Assembly: GCA_963555755.3 (NCBI GenBank)
Contig: OY820905.2
Coordinates: 960,001 to 1,024,000 of the forward strand
Length of the DNA stretch: 64,000 nucleotides
Direction of reading: 5' to 3'
Origin: Nitrospirales bacterium
Lineage (GTDB): Bacteria > Nitrospirota > Nitrospiria > Nitrospirales > UBA8639
Shown here: positions 12,033 to 22,407 of the stretch, piece after piece
Position numbering within the stretch: the stretch's first letter is position 1
Layout: each line of letters opens with the position of its first letter
Program-made: the position numbers and the translations under genes
The notes under the pieces: generated by a model
Told to the model about the DNA's origin: nothing
Databases searched by the model: none
Seen by the model: the letters and a program-made list of their open reading frames with translations, nothing else

Positions 12033-12246
12033 TGCCTTGGGTGCGGCGGAGCCGCAGCCCCGAATTGACTTCTTTGGCGAGGGCTGTTTGAGCGCAGCGA
12101 GTTCCCGAGCCATCTTATTCGGGGCGGAGGCGGAGGGACCCGTAGAGCCTGCCCCCGCGGAGGCGGGGGGCCGCGCACGGGCAAAAATGGTTTTGGGCAC
12201 TTTTGCCGAAACAAAAGGGACTCGTCGCGCGGGGACGAAACCCCGC
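12033..12246 (-). repeat. ~200-bp structured repeat family D; other copies at ~52907-53100, 53507-53698 and 56257-56494, partial at ~47393, ~52010 and 54040-54820
   Basis: Shared hairpin CTTTTG-TTTCGG-CAAAAG followed by CAAAACCATT, and CCCCGAAT.A.GATGG...CTCGCT.CGCTCA.ACAG..TCGCCAAAG..ATTCGGGG. Confidence 0.85.
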
Positions 12247-12321
12247 ATATCATTTTTTGTAGAAATTTAAATTGCTGAGTTAGGGAGGGAAAACCTAGAT
12301 TGAAAGCTTCGCTGAAAAAAA

Positions 12322-13124
12322 TCAGTCCCGAATCACCCCATCCTGATTCATGTGCAGAATATTAAACTGCCCGTAGCTATCGGTTAAATTCAACGTGACA
12401 CCAGCCTGAACCCGACTCGATCCATTGCCTATCTCGGCAACCGTGTATTCAAACCCATCCGGCAAATTAATGCGCGCACGGTAAGGACCGCCGGTAAATG
12501 GATTCGTAATCGGCATACCCTTAGACTCTACCAATCCCGGCACGGTGACCTTCGCCTGCCGTGCATCTACATCAATATCAGCCTCGATCGGCACATACTG
12601 AGGTTCTAGCACTTCCGACATCGTACTGTTGTAAACAAAAAAGTGCGTGGAACCAGGCTTCGTTGATTCCCCATGCAGAATCTTGCGCAGGGCTTCGCGT
12701 TGAGCCGCATCGGCCCGCTCATCAATCAAGATCTGTTGCTTGCCATTGCCTGCAGCAACCTCCCCTGGCCATTGAACCTAGAAACGGCAGTTGGGCGCAA
12801 AAAAGACGTGTAAGATATTGGTGTGCATGGTGAAATACAAAAAGTCGTGTCACCTCTCTGGTGATGAGACCTTTTTGTATTTTGCCAGGTGCGCCAAGGG
12901 CTTGCGCGGACTTTTGTGATCCAACTGCCGTTTCTAGGTTGAAGCAACATGACAAAGTTCAGCCCATCCAACCGCGTGTCATTGAAATAACCTTCCTCAA
13001 TATGCCCCGAGGCAACCGCCTCACAAAACCCATTCGTCGACGGCGCATTGAACTGACACCCACACCCATACGAACAATTGCAGTTCGAAAACTCGACTCC
13101 CCGAATCATCCATTGATCAGACAT
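12322..13124 (-). pseudogene. DUF1326-family protein interrupted by MITE A (12777-12938)
   Basis: NCNC..GC.C motif; removing the MITE plus TTCAA restores MLLQ|WPGEVAAGNG...IDERA. Confidence 0.9.
12777..12938. mobile_element. 162-bp MITE family A
   Basis: TIR CCTAGAAACGGCAGTTGG; TSD TTGAA. Confidence 0.92.
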
Positions 13125-13141
13125 CGGTTACCTCCCTCTTA

Positions 13142-13298
13142 GGGTTCGCGCAAGAATAACTTCCCCTGTTTGGGCGTCGATCCATCCCGCCTGGCGGCGT
13201 TGCTCGTCCTTTCCATACGAGGAGTATGCGCAGTCCTCGCGCCTTGCCAGACAGGCGTCTCAGCACCCAAACAGGGGAAGTTATTCTTGCGCGAACCC
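13142..13298. mobile_element. IS5-like MITE family B
   Basis: TIR GGGTTCGCGCAAGAATAACTTCCCCTGTTTGGG; near-identical to 9673-9829; immediately upstream of the DUF1326 RBS. Confidence 0.85.
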
Positions 13299-13451
13299 TA
13301 AGCCTGTGGTTATAAGCCGGAGCTATTCTTTTTCCTATCCTTCTACCACGACTTCCTAGACAATTTCCACAGTCAAGAGAGACAAAAAGTCTTGGTTTCA
13401 CCGTCATCCGGTTGGGTCTGGCCGACATACAAGCCTTTGACCTTAGGACTC

Positions 13452-13594
13452 ACGAAAAAAGCTGTGTAAGATATTGGTGTGCCTCATGAAAGAGAAAATG
13501 TCGTGATTGCCTTGGTGGTGATGAGACATTTTTCTGTTTTGCGAAATGCCCCAAGAGCTTGCGGAACTGTTGTGATCCCACTGCGGTTTCTAGG
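13452..13594. repeat. Degenerate, left-truncated MITE family A
   Basis: TGTAAGATATTGGTGTGC...TGTGATCC.ACTGCGGTTTCTAGG. Confidence 0.75.
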
Positions 13595-13722
13595 TTTAGG
13601 AGAAAAACTGTTTTTCTACGCTTAACATCAGAATGGGTTTGGCCAAACCCTTGCAAAATGATGAATCTCCTGGTACCAACAACCAATCACAGAAACACAT
13701 TCACCCAAAAGGAGTAGCACTC

Positions 13723-13821
13723 ATGGCTAAAGGCCAAGACTCACGCAAAGAAGCCAAAAAACAACCTACCAAAACAACCAAGGAAAAACGCGCTGAAAAA
13801 AAGGCCAAGAAAAAGGGATAG
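13723..13821 (+). CDS. Small Lys-rich protein (32 aa)
   Basis: AAGGAG RBS; MAKGQDSRKEAKKQPTKTTKEKRAEKKAKKKG. Confidence 0.7.
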   Translation: MAKGQDSRKEAKKQPTKTTKEKRAEKKAKKKG

Positions 13822-14142
13822 ATTTTTCATATTTCACTTTTTCATTCTCGGCTTCGTTCTGTCATTCCCGACGTGTTCAATCGGGCATCCATACCCTTTT
13901 TGTCACCCCCACTGTCTCTAGCACAACCCTGGAAGCCTCCGTCGATAGTCTTGCAGTACGTATTCACATGGATTGAATCCAGGAAAGAGTTTATACTGGA
14001 AGTATACCCGGGAACACATAAGGTACCTCCCGGCCACCACCGCTCTTCAAAGAGCGAAGACGCGTGGTCACTATAGCTTAACTTTCTGTTACCTGCGCCT
14101 CTCACCCCAACTTGCTCCGCAAAGGGAGGAGGGAGAATTAAG

Positions 14143-15024
14143 ATGTACGAGTTGAAAGTTAAAACCCCCTCTTCCAACCTTGGAAGCACTCCTCTCCGCG
14201 ATTCCGTGCGCAACATCGATCATGCAATTCCCGACCAATTAGCTATTGAGGAACCCTTAGAAATCCGTTTGGAGTATTGGGCGAACAACGAGCCCCAGCG
14301 CAAAAGTGTGTCCATCACAATGCGGACACCGGGGAACGATGCGGAATTGGCCACAGGGTTTCTGTTTACCGAAGGCATTATCACGGGTTGGGACGATATC
14401 AAACAGGTGCGCCCGTGCGGACCTAACGTGGATGGTCAAGACTTTCACAATATCGTGCGAGTGGAAGTGCATCCCACGGTCGCCGTAAAGACCGATTCGA
14501 TGGATCGAAATTTTTACACGACTTCCAGTTGTGGAATTTGTGGAAAAACCTCTCTCGAAGCGCTCAAGATCCATAACCGCTATGGGAACAATATTCAAAA
14601 CCTGCCTCACTCCACCATCCCTCGAAAAGTGCTACTAGGTCTCACAGATCAAATGAAGGCTTGCCAACAGCTCTTCCAGGAAACCGGGGGGTGCCATGCC
14701 TCGGCGTTGTTTGACGAACAGGGCAATCTTCTTTGCTTGCGCGAGGATGTGGGGCGGCACAATGCGTTGGATAAAGTAATCGGATGGGCGCTGAGTCAGA
14801 GATACCTGCCCTTGCACAATCATATGGTTCTGGTGAGTGGACGAGCGAGTTTCGAGTTGATGCAAAAGGCATCGATGGGAGGTATTCCTCTATTGGCCTC
14901 GGTAGGCGCGCCCTCCACTCTTGCGCTTCAAGTTGCTGAAGATTTGAATATGACGCTCGTGGGTTTCTTAAACCAGAAACGGTTTACCATTTACCACGAT
15001 CCTGGAAGAATTCAGGATCGGTAG
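14143..15024 (+). CDS. fdhD: Formate dehydrogenase accessory sulfurtransferase FdhD
   Basis: EEPLEI, MRTPG, SSCGICGK and EDVGRHNALDK motifs. Confidence 0.95.
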   Translation: MYELKVKTPSSNLGSTPLRDSVRNIDHAIPDQLAIEEPLEIRLEYWANNEPQRKSVSITMRTPGNDAELATGFLFTEGIITGWDDIKQVRPCGPNVDGQDFHNIVRVEVHPTVAVKTDSMDRNFYTTSSCGICGKTSLEALKIHNRYGNNIQNLPHSTIPRKVLLGLTDQMKACQQLFQETGGCHASALFDEQGNLLCLREDVGRHNALDKVIGWALSQRYLPLHNHMVLVSGRASFELMQKASMGGIPLLASVGAPSTLALQVAEDLNMTLVGFLNQKRFTIYHDPGRIQDR

Positions 15025-15046
15025 TAGTCCCAACAGGGGAACCATT

Positions 15047-17401
15047 ATGGACGAAAAACCCAACCAACCATCCGAACCGTCCAAGCCCTCATGGGAAGTT
15101 CCGATCGAAGATCCACATGCGCTGAAGGTTGAGGCCCCATCCACCTGGGCCGGGGGCATTCCAGCCATCATGACTTCGCTCTCACACACCACGCATGAAA
15201 TGGGTATCATCCGAGGCGGGAAAGCGCTGCTCAAGATCAATCAGAAAGGTGGATTTGATTGTCCGGGATGTGGCTGGCCCGATCCGGACGACGACCGCGC
15301 CATCACCGAGTTTTGCGAAAATGGCGTAAAGGCTGTTGCGCATGAAGCCACCACCAAAGTCATCACCAAAGATTTTTTTCAACACTGGTCTATTGAGGCC
15401 TTAGGCCAACAATCCGACTACTGGCTGGGCCAACAAGGGCGTCTCACCCACCCCATGGTCAAGGAGGCGGCCAGTACCCACTACCGTTCCATTTCATGGG
15501 AAGAGGCCTTCACCAAAATGGCCACCCACCTCAATGCGCTGGAGGACCCCAACGAAGCCATCTTTTATACCTCGGGTCGAACCAGCAACGAAGCCGCCTT
15601 CCTCTATCAACTTTTCGCGCGATTGTATGGGACCAACAATTTGCCCGACTCCTCCAACATGTGCCACGAGTCTAGCAGCGTGGCCATGAAAGAAGTCATT
15701 GGCATTGGCAAGGCCACAGTCACGCTCGACGATTTCCAACATGCCGATGCCATCTTTATCTTGGGACAGAATCCCGGCACTAATCACCCACGCATGCTGG
15801 CTACGCTGCAAAAAGCTGCACGGCGGGGTTGTCAAATTGTCAGCATTAATCCCCTGCCCGAAGCCGGCACCACGCGGTTTATCCATCCGCAAGAATTCAC
15901 CACCTGGTTAGGTCAGGGGACTCCACTGGCCACACTATTTCTTCAAGTCAAAATTAATGGAGACGTGGCATTGCTCCAGGGAATGATGAAAGAACTATTG
16001 GAACGAGAAGCTCAGCATCCCGGCACCATCCTCGACAAGACGTTCATCCAACAATACACCGACGGATTCGAGAACTTCGGCGCAGCCTTACAACACGTCT
16101 CGTGGGACGACATAGTTGAAGGCAGCGGCATCTCAAAAGAAGACATTCAAAAAGCCGTAGACATCGTCGTACAGGCCAAGAGCATCATCTGCACCTGGGC
16201 CATGGGCATGACCCAACATAAAAACGCCGTGGCCAATATGCAGGAGATCATCAATTTCCTTTTGTTGCGCGGGAACATCGGTAGAAAAGGCGCAGGAGCA
16301 TGTCCCGTTCGTGGACATAGTAATGTGCAGGGCGATCGCACGATGGGGATTACCGAAAACCCCGCGCCAGAATTTTTGAATCGTTTAGAACTGGTCTTTG
16401 ACTTTCAGCCACCCACACAGCGCGGACATGACGCGGTGCGAGGCATCAAGGCCATGCACGAAGGACGTGCTAAAGTCTTCATCGCGCTCGGCGGTAATTT
16501 TCTATCGGCCACCCCGGATACTAGTTACACCGCCGAGGCCATATCGCGTTGCCGGTTAACAGTGCACATCTCCACCAAACTCAACCGTGCGCACCTAGTC
16601 ACAGGCAACGAAGCACTCATCCTGCCGGCCTTGGGACGAACCGATCAAGATCGCCAAGCCGGGCACCTCCAATATGTCACTACCGAAAACACCATGGGCG
16701 TGGTCCAAACCTCACAAGGGCAACTCGAACCCGTCTCTCCCGACATCAAAAGTGAAGTGAACATTGTGGGGAACCTGGCCAAGGCCACCTTCGCACATCG
16801 AGAAGAAGCGGGGCGGCACATCAACTGGGACACACTCATGGAAAACTATGATGAGATTCGACACCTCATCAACCAGGTGATTCCCGGGTTTGAAAACTAT
16901 ACGGCACGCGTTCAAAAGCCCGGAGGCTTTTACCTCTTCAATCCAGTCCGGGATGCCCGGCGATTTCCTACTTCGACGGGCAAAGCCAATTTCACCGTGC
17001 ATCCGTTGCCCAGAATTCCACTCCAGCCCGGGCAATTGCTCATGATGACTATTCGAAGTCACGATCAATACAACACCACCATTTACGGGTTGGATGATCG
17101 ATACCGTGGAGTGAAATCGGGCCGACGCGTCGTGTTCATGAATCAGACCGATATGGATGACCGAGGATTAGCCAAAGGTGACCCTGTAGACCTTGTCAGC
17201 CATTACCAGGGTCAAACGCGAAAAGCCGAACAATTTACAGTGATCCCCTACCCCATTCCCCGCACCTGTGTCGCCACCTATTTCCCCGAAGCCAACGTGC
17301 TCATCCCCATCGACAGCGTAGCCGACAAAAGCAACACCCCCACCTCCAAATCCGTCGTCGTCACCATCCATCCCTCTTCTACTCATTCCCGACATCCTTA
17401 A
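15047..17401 (+). CDS. FdhF/YdeP-family molybdopterin oxidoreductase
   Basis: GFDCPGCGWPD, EFCENG.KA, YTSGRTSNE, SNMCHES and IRSHDQYNTTIYG motifs. Confidence 0.93.
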   Translation: MDEKPNQPSEPSKPSWEVPIEDPHALKVEAPSTWAGGIPAIMTSLSHTTHEMGIIRGGKALLKINQKGGFDCPGCGWPDPDDDRAITEFCENGVKAVAHEATTKVITKDFFQHWSIEALGQQSDYWLGQQGRLTHPMVKEAASTHYRSISWEEAFTKMATHLNALEDPNEAIFYTSGRTSNEAAFLYQLFARLYGTNNLPDSSNMCHESSSVAMKEVIGIGKATVTLDDFQHADAIFILGQNPGTNHPRMLATLQKAARRGCQIVSINPLPEAGTTRFIHPQEFTTWLGQGTPLATLFLQVKINGDVALLQGMMKELLEREAQHPGTILDKTFIQQYTDGFENFGAALQHVSWDDIVEGSGISKEDIQKAVDIVVQAKSIICTWAMGMTQHKNAVANMQEIINFLLLRGNIGRKGAGACPVRGHSNVQGDRTMGITENPAPEFLNRLELVFDFQPPTQRGHDAVRGIKAMHEGRAKVFIALGGNFLSATPDTSYTAEAISRCRLTVHISTKLNRAHLVTGNEALILPALGRTDQDRQAGHLQYVTTENTMGVVQTSQGQLEPVSPDIKSEVNIVGNLAKATFAHREEAGRHINWDTLMENYDEIRHLINQVIPGFENYTARVQKPGGFYLFNPVRDARRFPTSTGKANFTVHPLPRIPLQPGQLLMMTIRSHDQYNTTIYGLDDRYRGVKSGRRVVFMNQTDMDDRGLAKGDPVDLVSHYQGQTRKAEQFTVIPYPIPRTCVATYFPEANVLIPIDSVADKSNTPTSKSVVVTIHPSSTHSRHP

Positions 17402-17411
17402 TCGGGAATCT
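17384..17411. repeat. REP-like hairpin (G)TCATTCCCGAC-N-ATCGGGAATC; copies at ~13861, 18294, 21471, 23135 and 55390-55465, reverse type at ~11927
   Basis: Recurring ATTCCCGA...TCGGGAAT palindrome. Confidence 0.85.
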
Positions 17412-17547
17412 ATCTTCAACAGCCTGCCTTTTGTAAAATGGACAGTGCCAATTAAATACAAAATTCTATCTATACATTTTTCGAGGGTTTGGGTAGCATG
17501 GAAGTGAAGAAAACCAGGCAAGGAACACAGTTGGAAAGGAGCCGAAC

Positions 17548-17754
17548 ATGTCAGAAATAATTTTTTTGGTAGAAGAAGCACCAGAGGGAGGATACACGGC
17601 ACGAGCCTTAGGGGAATCTATTTTCACAGAAGCCGATACGTTTGCTGAACTCCACGACAAAGTTCGCGACGCGGTACGGTGTCATTTTGAAGAGAATAAC
17701 GTTCCCAAATTGATAAGGCTTCATCATGTCAAAGAAGAAGTCATTGCTGTATGA
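17548..17754 (+). CDS. HicB-like antitoxin
   Basis: EIIFLVEEAPEGGYTARALGESIFTEAD; ATGA overlap with the HicA gene. Confidence 0.8.
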   Translation: MSEIIFLVEEAPEGGYTARALGESIFTEADTFAELHDKVRDAVRCHFEENNVPKLIRLHHVKEEVIAV

Positions 17755-17999
17755 GATTACCTCGTGACCTTTCGAGTGAAGAATTATTCCAAACCCTCAA
17801 AAGCTTGGGATATCGGATCACTCGACAGACCGGCAGCCACATCCGGTTAACGACTGACCAACATGGTGAACGTCACATCACTATTCCTCAGCACAACCCT
17901 CTCCGAATAGGCACCTTATCCACAATCTTGAATGATATTGCAGATCACTTTGAAATGAGCCGTGAGGCATTAGCCAAAAAACTTTTTGAAAAAAAATGA
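17751..17999 (+). CDS. hicA: HicA-family toxin
   Basis: GY..RQTGSH.RL and ITIP.H..L..GTL motifs. Confidence 0.88.
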   Translation: MRLPRDLSSEELFQTLKSLGYRITRQTGSHIRLTTDQHGERHITIPQHNPLRIGTLSTILNDIADHFEMSREALAKKLFEKK

Positions 18000-18069
18000 T
18001 TATAATGATGATGGCCTCATCAGGACATTATAACTTTATCACCCCCTACCGTGACTTTTGTGATGTTCT

Positions 18070-18285
18070 GCCAAAGGCGACCTCGTAGACCTCGTCAGCC
18101 ATCACCAAGGCCGCACGCGAAAAGCCGAACAATTTACAGTGATCCCCTACCCCATTCCCCGCACCTGCGTCGCCACCTATTTCCCCGAAGCCAACATACT
18201 CATCCCCATCGACAGCGTAGCCGACAAAAGCAACACCCCCACCTCAAAATCCATCGTCGTCACAATCCATCGCGCTAAAAATTAA
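18070..18285 (+). pseudogene. Displaced, diverged 3' end of the YdeP-like gene (copy 2)
   Basis: Encodes AKGDLVDLVSHHQGRTRKAEQFTVIPYPIPRTCVATYFPEANILIPIDSVADKSNTPTSKSIVVTIHRAKN*; aligns to 17171-17371. Confidence 0.92.
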
Positions 18286-18557
18286 ACTTCTCGGTCATTC
18301 CCGACATCCTTAATCGGGAATCCATATTCATTCCTCCGTCCTCTAAAACCTACTCCGGTGAAAACGTTCCGTTGGACCGGTGACATTTCGTTGCAAAATT
18401 CTGCCCGCAAACTTCACCAAAGCAGTTAATGCATAAACACTCCTACGCCACGTTTCCAAAAACAGAATGAGTACGGGCTGCACACCAGCGGGCGAGGATG
18501 CTATGATAACGCGGCTCGACACGCCACATCTCTATACCCACATGCTGAGAGGAAACT

Positions 18558-18968
18558 ATGGCCACAAATCTAACACGCATTCTTATTGGAATCCCTTTTG
18601 GTCTCATGCTCTTCGTAGGAGCTGGACTTGCGGCAGAACCGGCTGAAGTGGAGAAGTTCGTAAACGCTCGCATTGAGATCGGCGAGATGATGACCGATTA
18701 TTTTTCTGGCGGAAGACAATTCGGGAGTGGACAACGACCCGCACCCGACCAAATGAAAAAAATGGGAGAGGATATCAACGCAAAACTCAGCACGCTTTTG
18801 GCAACACATGACCTGACGATCGAAGAGTATCGCCAACGCAGCCATGAGGTGTTCGCCGACGACGCGGCGGTGAAGGGCTATCTCAGCCAGCATCCCGATC
18901 TAAAGGAAAGATATGAGGCGCTTCCGTTCTCACGGATGGGACGCGGCGGCAGCGGGCGAGGATATTGA
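18558..18968 (+). CDS. Hypothetical exported protein
   Basis: GAGGA RBS; signal peptide ending in GLA-AE. Confidence 0.75.
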   Translation: MATNLTRILIGIPFGLMLFVGAGLAAEPAEVEKFVNARIEIGEMMTDYFSGGRQFGSGQRPAPDQMKKMGEDINAKLSTLLATHDLTIEEYRQRSHEVFADDAAVKGYLSQHPDLKERYEALPFSRMGRGGSGRGY

Positions 18969-19012
18969 ACCGGAAGCGATAAAAAAAGCAGGAATGAGCC
19001 AGACTTGGACCA

Positions 19013-19690
19013 ATGAAGTATCGCTTACAAAAGACAGACAAGCACTGGCAATTGATCGATCAAGATGAGCCAGACATTGCGCCAGTTTTTATAGATTTTG
19101 TGTCCGGAAAAACCGCCTATCGAAGAAAGTATGGCCATGCGGGGGGCGAAGCCATCAGCAAGGCGATCGGCATAAAAAAAGGCAATCGCCCGAATGTAGT
19201 CGATGCCACCGCCGGTTGGGGGCGAGATGCCTTTGTACTAGCCACCATGGGCTGTCGCGTCCATATGATCGAACGATCGAAAGTCATTGCCACACTCCTT
19301 GAAGATGGCTTACGTCGTGCAGAGCAAGATGAAAAAATTGGCCCGTTGATAAAAGAAAAGATATCTCTCACCTGCGGGGAGAGTCACCAAGAATTACGCA
19401 ACATCCCATTTGAGCCTGAAGTCATTTATCTCGACCCCATGTATCCCCACAAAAAAAAATCCGCGTTAGTGAAGAAGGAGATGAGAATACTACAAGAAGT
19501 CGTGGGGCAAGACGATGACGCCGATGTGTTACTGAAAGTCGCACTGACCATTGCCACCAATCGTGTAGTCGTCAAACACCCGGACTATGCGGGCTTTCTT
19601 GGCGAGCTCAAACCAACCACCTCGATCAAAACAAAAAAACACCGATTTGATATTTATCTCATCAATGCCGAGGAGGCTGTCCGAGATTAG
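19013..19690 (+). CDS. rsmJ: 16S rRNA m2G1516 methyltransferase RsmJ
   Basis: VVDATAGWGRDAFVLA, YLDPMYP.KKKSALVKKEM and RVVVK motifs. Confidence 0.88.
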   Translation: MKYRLQKTDKHWQLIDQDEPDIAPVFIDFVSGKTAYRRKYGHAGGEAISKAIGIKKGNRPNVVDATAGWGRDAFVLATMGCRVHMIERSKVIATLLEDGLRRAEQDEKIGPLIKEKISLTCGESHQELRNIPFEPEVIYLDPMYPHKKKSALVKKEMRILQEVVGQDDDADVLLKVALTIATNRVVVKHPDYAGFLGELKPTTSIKTKKHRFDIYLINAEEAVRD

Positions 19691-20173
19691 TGATCGTTAC
19701 GAGTTTTGGTATTCAGCTTTCTTTTTTTCCTTTCAGACAACGGAGCCCGCGGATTGCCCCGGCTCCTTCTTTGGCACTTTTCTGATTCCCCAAAAACCCT
19801 GTATAAAATTCCCATTCACGACTGATTTAATGTTAATGTTGTATCTTAGAACGTTGAATGAAGGATCATGGTGCGCCTCATTGTAACCGTGTTGGAAAAT
19901 TGTCGATATTTTTTTTAAAAGCAGGTCTTCTCAACAATAAAGGGTCTGTTGAATATTTCATGCCAAGAGCCCACAAATGCCCCAGGACAGAAGACCAACA
20001 TCACGGAGAGGGAATGTTCAAAAAAGCATGCCCTGAGTCTTTCCGAAGGGTCCGTCCAGCAAGGCCGCAGCCCTTTTGACGCGCGGAGCGTACTCATAGT
20101 ACGTGAGCACGGCAAAAGGGCGAGAACGCCGCTGGCGGCTTTTTTCAACATTCCCATAAAGGTTTAAACATCC

Positions 20174-20578
20174 ATGCCCACACTTTCCAGAGTCATGAGC
20201 CGGTATCTCCAAAAAACTCAGGCTCAAACATCAGTCGTTGAGGTAGCACAAAAATTTCGTGATCATCGAGTAGGCGCACTACTCGTAGAATGGAATGGAG
20301 AAATTGTCGGAATAGTGACCGAATGGGATATCATTGGAAAAGTGGTGGCTCACGGAAAGGATTTCGCGACGACCACCGCAAAGGATGTGATGACCTCCCC
20401 TACCCATAGTATCGAGGTAACCAACAGCCTTCAGAATGCCCTCGAAATAATGAAAGATCTTGGGGTCCGTCATCTGGTTGTCCGTGAAGCAGGGAAAGTG
20501 ATCGGGATAGTCACCCTGCGTGACCTATTAGTGTACTTCGGTTGGTTTTACGAACAAAAAACTGCCCAAACTGGTTGA
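20174..20578 (+). CDS. CBS-domain pair protein
   Basis: GALLV..GIVTE.D and VRHLVV..GIVT.RDL motifs. Confidence 0.9.
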   Translation: MPTLSRVMSRYLQKTQAQTSVVEVAQKFRDHRVGALLVEWNGEIVGIVTEWDIIGKVVAHGKDFATTTAKDVMTSPTHSIEVTNSLQNALEIMKDLGVRHLVVREAGKVIGIVTLRDLLVYFGWFYEQKTAQTG

Positions 20579-20786
20579 TCTTTCCTCGCTATAATTAGTT
20601 GGAGGGTCAGGACTTATTTCATGCATGTAATTCCAGCGGAAATCTATCTCGGCATGAAGAGCGTACAATTTTAATCAATAAATTAATAAATAGGTTTGAC
20701 CCCTTTTTTGACCCCTTTTTCAGGAGCATTCATTGAAGTTCCTCTTCCTTGATTCTCTAGGCAAGAAAAATTGAAATAAAAGAATC

Positions 20787-21299
20787 ATGGACAAAGTCGC
20801 CATATTTGCAGACGTGCAGAACCTGTATTACACGGTGAAGCAACAGTATCAGTGCCATTTTGATTACGGAGCATTTTTGGAACATGCGACGGCAGGCAGA
20901 AATCTCGTCAAGGCCATCGCGTACGCGACAGACAAAGGGGACCGAAAACAAAAAGACTTTCAGCAGATCCTGGAGAGGATGGGATTTGAAATAAAACTCA
21001 CACCGTTTCTCCAAAGGCGTGATGGCTCCGCCAAGGGTGACTGGGACGTCGGGATTGCGCTGGACATGGTCGAGTACGCCAAACAGGTGGACACAATCGT
21101 TCTGGCATCAGGGGATGGGGACTTTACCGCAGTCGTGGACAAGATCAGACAGGAGCACAAGTTGGCGGTGGAAATCTACGGCGTACCGGACCTGACGGCT
21201 TCCTCATTGATCGAAGCGGCAACACGCTTTGTGCCCATTCAAGGGAACCTTTTGTTGTCGATTCCGACAACCTGGGGGCCTACCCTAAGGAGACAATAG
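20787..21299 (+). CDS. NYN-domain (LabA/DUF88) protein
   Basis: D.QNLYY, KGDWDVG and SGDGDF motifs. Confidence 0.92.
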   Translation: MDKVAIFADVQNLYYTVKQQYQCHFDYGAFLEHATAGRNLVKAIAYATDKGDRKQKDFQQILERMGFEIKLTPFLQRRDGSAKGDWDVGIALDMVEYAKQVDTIVLASGDGDFTAVVDKIRQEHKLAVEIYGVPDLTASSLIEAATRFVPIQGNLLLSIPTTWGPTLRRQ

Positions 21300-21490
21300 G
21301 GCACACCCGCAAAGCCGAACAATTCACCGTGATCCCTTACCCGATTCCCCGTACTTGTGTCGCCACCTACTTCCCCGAAGCCAACGTCCTCGTCCCCATC
21401 GACACCGTCGCCGACCAAATCAACACCCCCGCTTCAAAATCCGTCGTCGTCACCGTCCATCCCGCTACTAGTCATTCCCGACATTTGTAA
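21300..21490 (+). pseudogene. Displaced, diverged 3' end of the YdeP-like gene (copy 3)
   Basis: Encodes HTRKAEQFTVIPYPIPRTCVATYFPEANVLVPIDTVADQINTPASKSVVVTVHPATSHSRHL*. Confidence 0.92.
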
Positions 21491-21585
21491 TCGGGAATCT
21501 ATCCTTCCCTTTTTTCGGGCCTTTCTTTTTGTCTAGGGGTTGGTTAGCATGCGTGCGCAGTTCCAAAGCGTACACATAGTAGGCA

Positions 21586-22116
21586 ATGGCAAATACAAAG
21601 CAGAACAAAATCATGATTCTTGCTGGGCCGAATGGCGCTGGCAAAACAACATTTGCGCGGGAGTTTCTTCCCAAAGAAGCCGAATGCCCACGATTTATCA
21701 ATGTGGATCTCATTGCGGCCGGACTCTCTCCCTTCAAACCAGACGTAGCCGCATTTCAGGCTGGCCGGCTCATGGTTCAAGAGATGGCAACACTCGTGCG
21801 TCGTCGCGAAAGTTTCGCGTTTGAAACCACGTTAAGTGGATTGCGGTATGCTCTACTCATTCCGCAATGGAGGAAGAAGGGGTATTTTATCAAGCTCATT
21901 TTCCTCCAACTTCCTAACCCGGAAATGGCCATAGCGCGTGTGACAGCCCGAGTGACACAAGGGGGACATGCAGTAACGAAGGAAGTCATCCAAAGAAGAT
22001 TTATGGCAGAATGGCGAAACTTCCAACACACATATAAACCCCTTTTCGATGCATGGATTCTATATGATAATGCAGGAGATGTCCCAAGATATGTGGACTC
22101 AGGAGGGAAAAGTTAA
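21586..22116 (+). CDS. Zeta-toxin-like P-loop ATPase
   Basis: AGPNGAGKTT, FAFETTLSG and RV..RV.QGGH motifs. Confidence 0.85.
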   Translation: MANTKQNKIMILAGPNGAGKTTFAREFLPKEAECPRFINVDLIAAGLSPFKPDVAAFQAGRLMVQEMATLVRRRESFAFETTLSGLRYALLIPQWRKKGYFIKLIFLQLPNPEMAIARVTARVTQGGHAVTKEVIQRRFMAEWRNFQHTYKPLFDAWILYDNAGDVPRYVDSGGKS

Positions 22117-22373
22117 TGGCCAATAAACGGACGTCAATCAAAGACCCAGATCTTGCCAAAGTTGGAGTCGCGCTAAAGCGTGCCGCGTTAAAGGCCAGGC
22201 AATTAGGATTTGCCACGAACACCCCAGTGTACGTCTTTCGAGAGGGGAAAATTATCGATATCGTGGCAGAACACCGAGCGACACAATTACCTAAAAAGGC
22301 AAATACGAAAGGTTCAGGAACACAAAGGCAACGCCTTGGCCAAAAAACCGCAACCATAAAAAACAAGCGATAA
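22116..22373 (+). CDS. Small partner protein of the zeta-like ATPase (putative antitoxin)
   Basis: TAATG coupling; DPDL....AL.RAA..AR....TNTP....GKI motif. Confidence 0.65.
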   Translation: MANKRTSIKDPDLAKVGVALKRAALKARQLGFATNTPVYVFREGKIIDIVAEHRATQLPKKANTKGSGTQRQRLGQKTATIKNKR

Positions 22374-22407
22374 CAGGGGGTGTCTCGAAAAAGGGTTAGA
22401 AAGAGAC

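Noticed and set aside
13920..14140. Moco riboswitch or other ncRNA upstream of fdhD
   Set aside because: Hairpins are present, but I could not match the consensus by eye; an Rfam search is needed.
17171..21490. Diversity-generating retroelement (TR/VR) from the repeated YdeP-like 3' ends
   Set aside because: The differences are not adenine-specific (T>C, G>A and C>A all occur), and the RTs in the window are group II intron RTs with domains V and VI.
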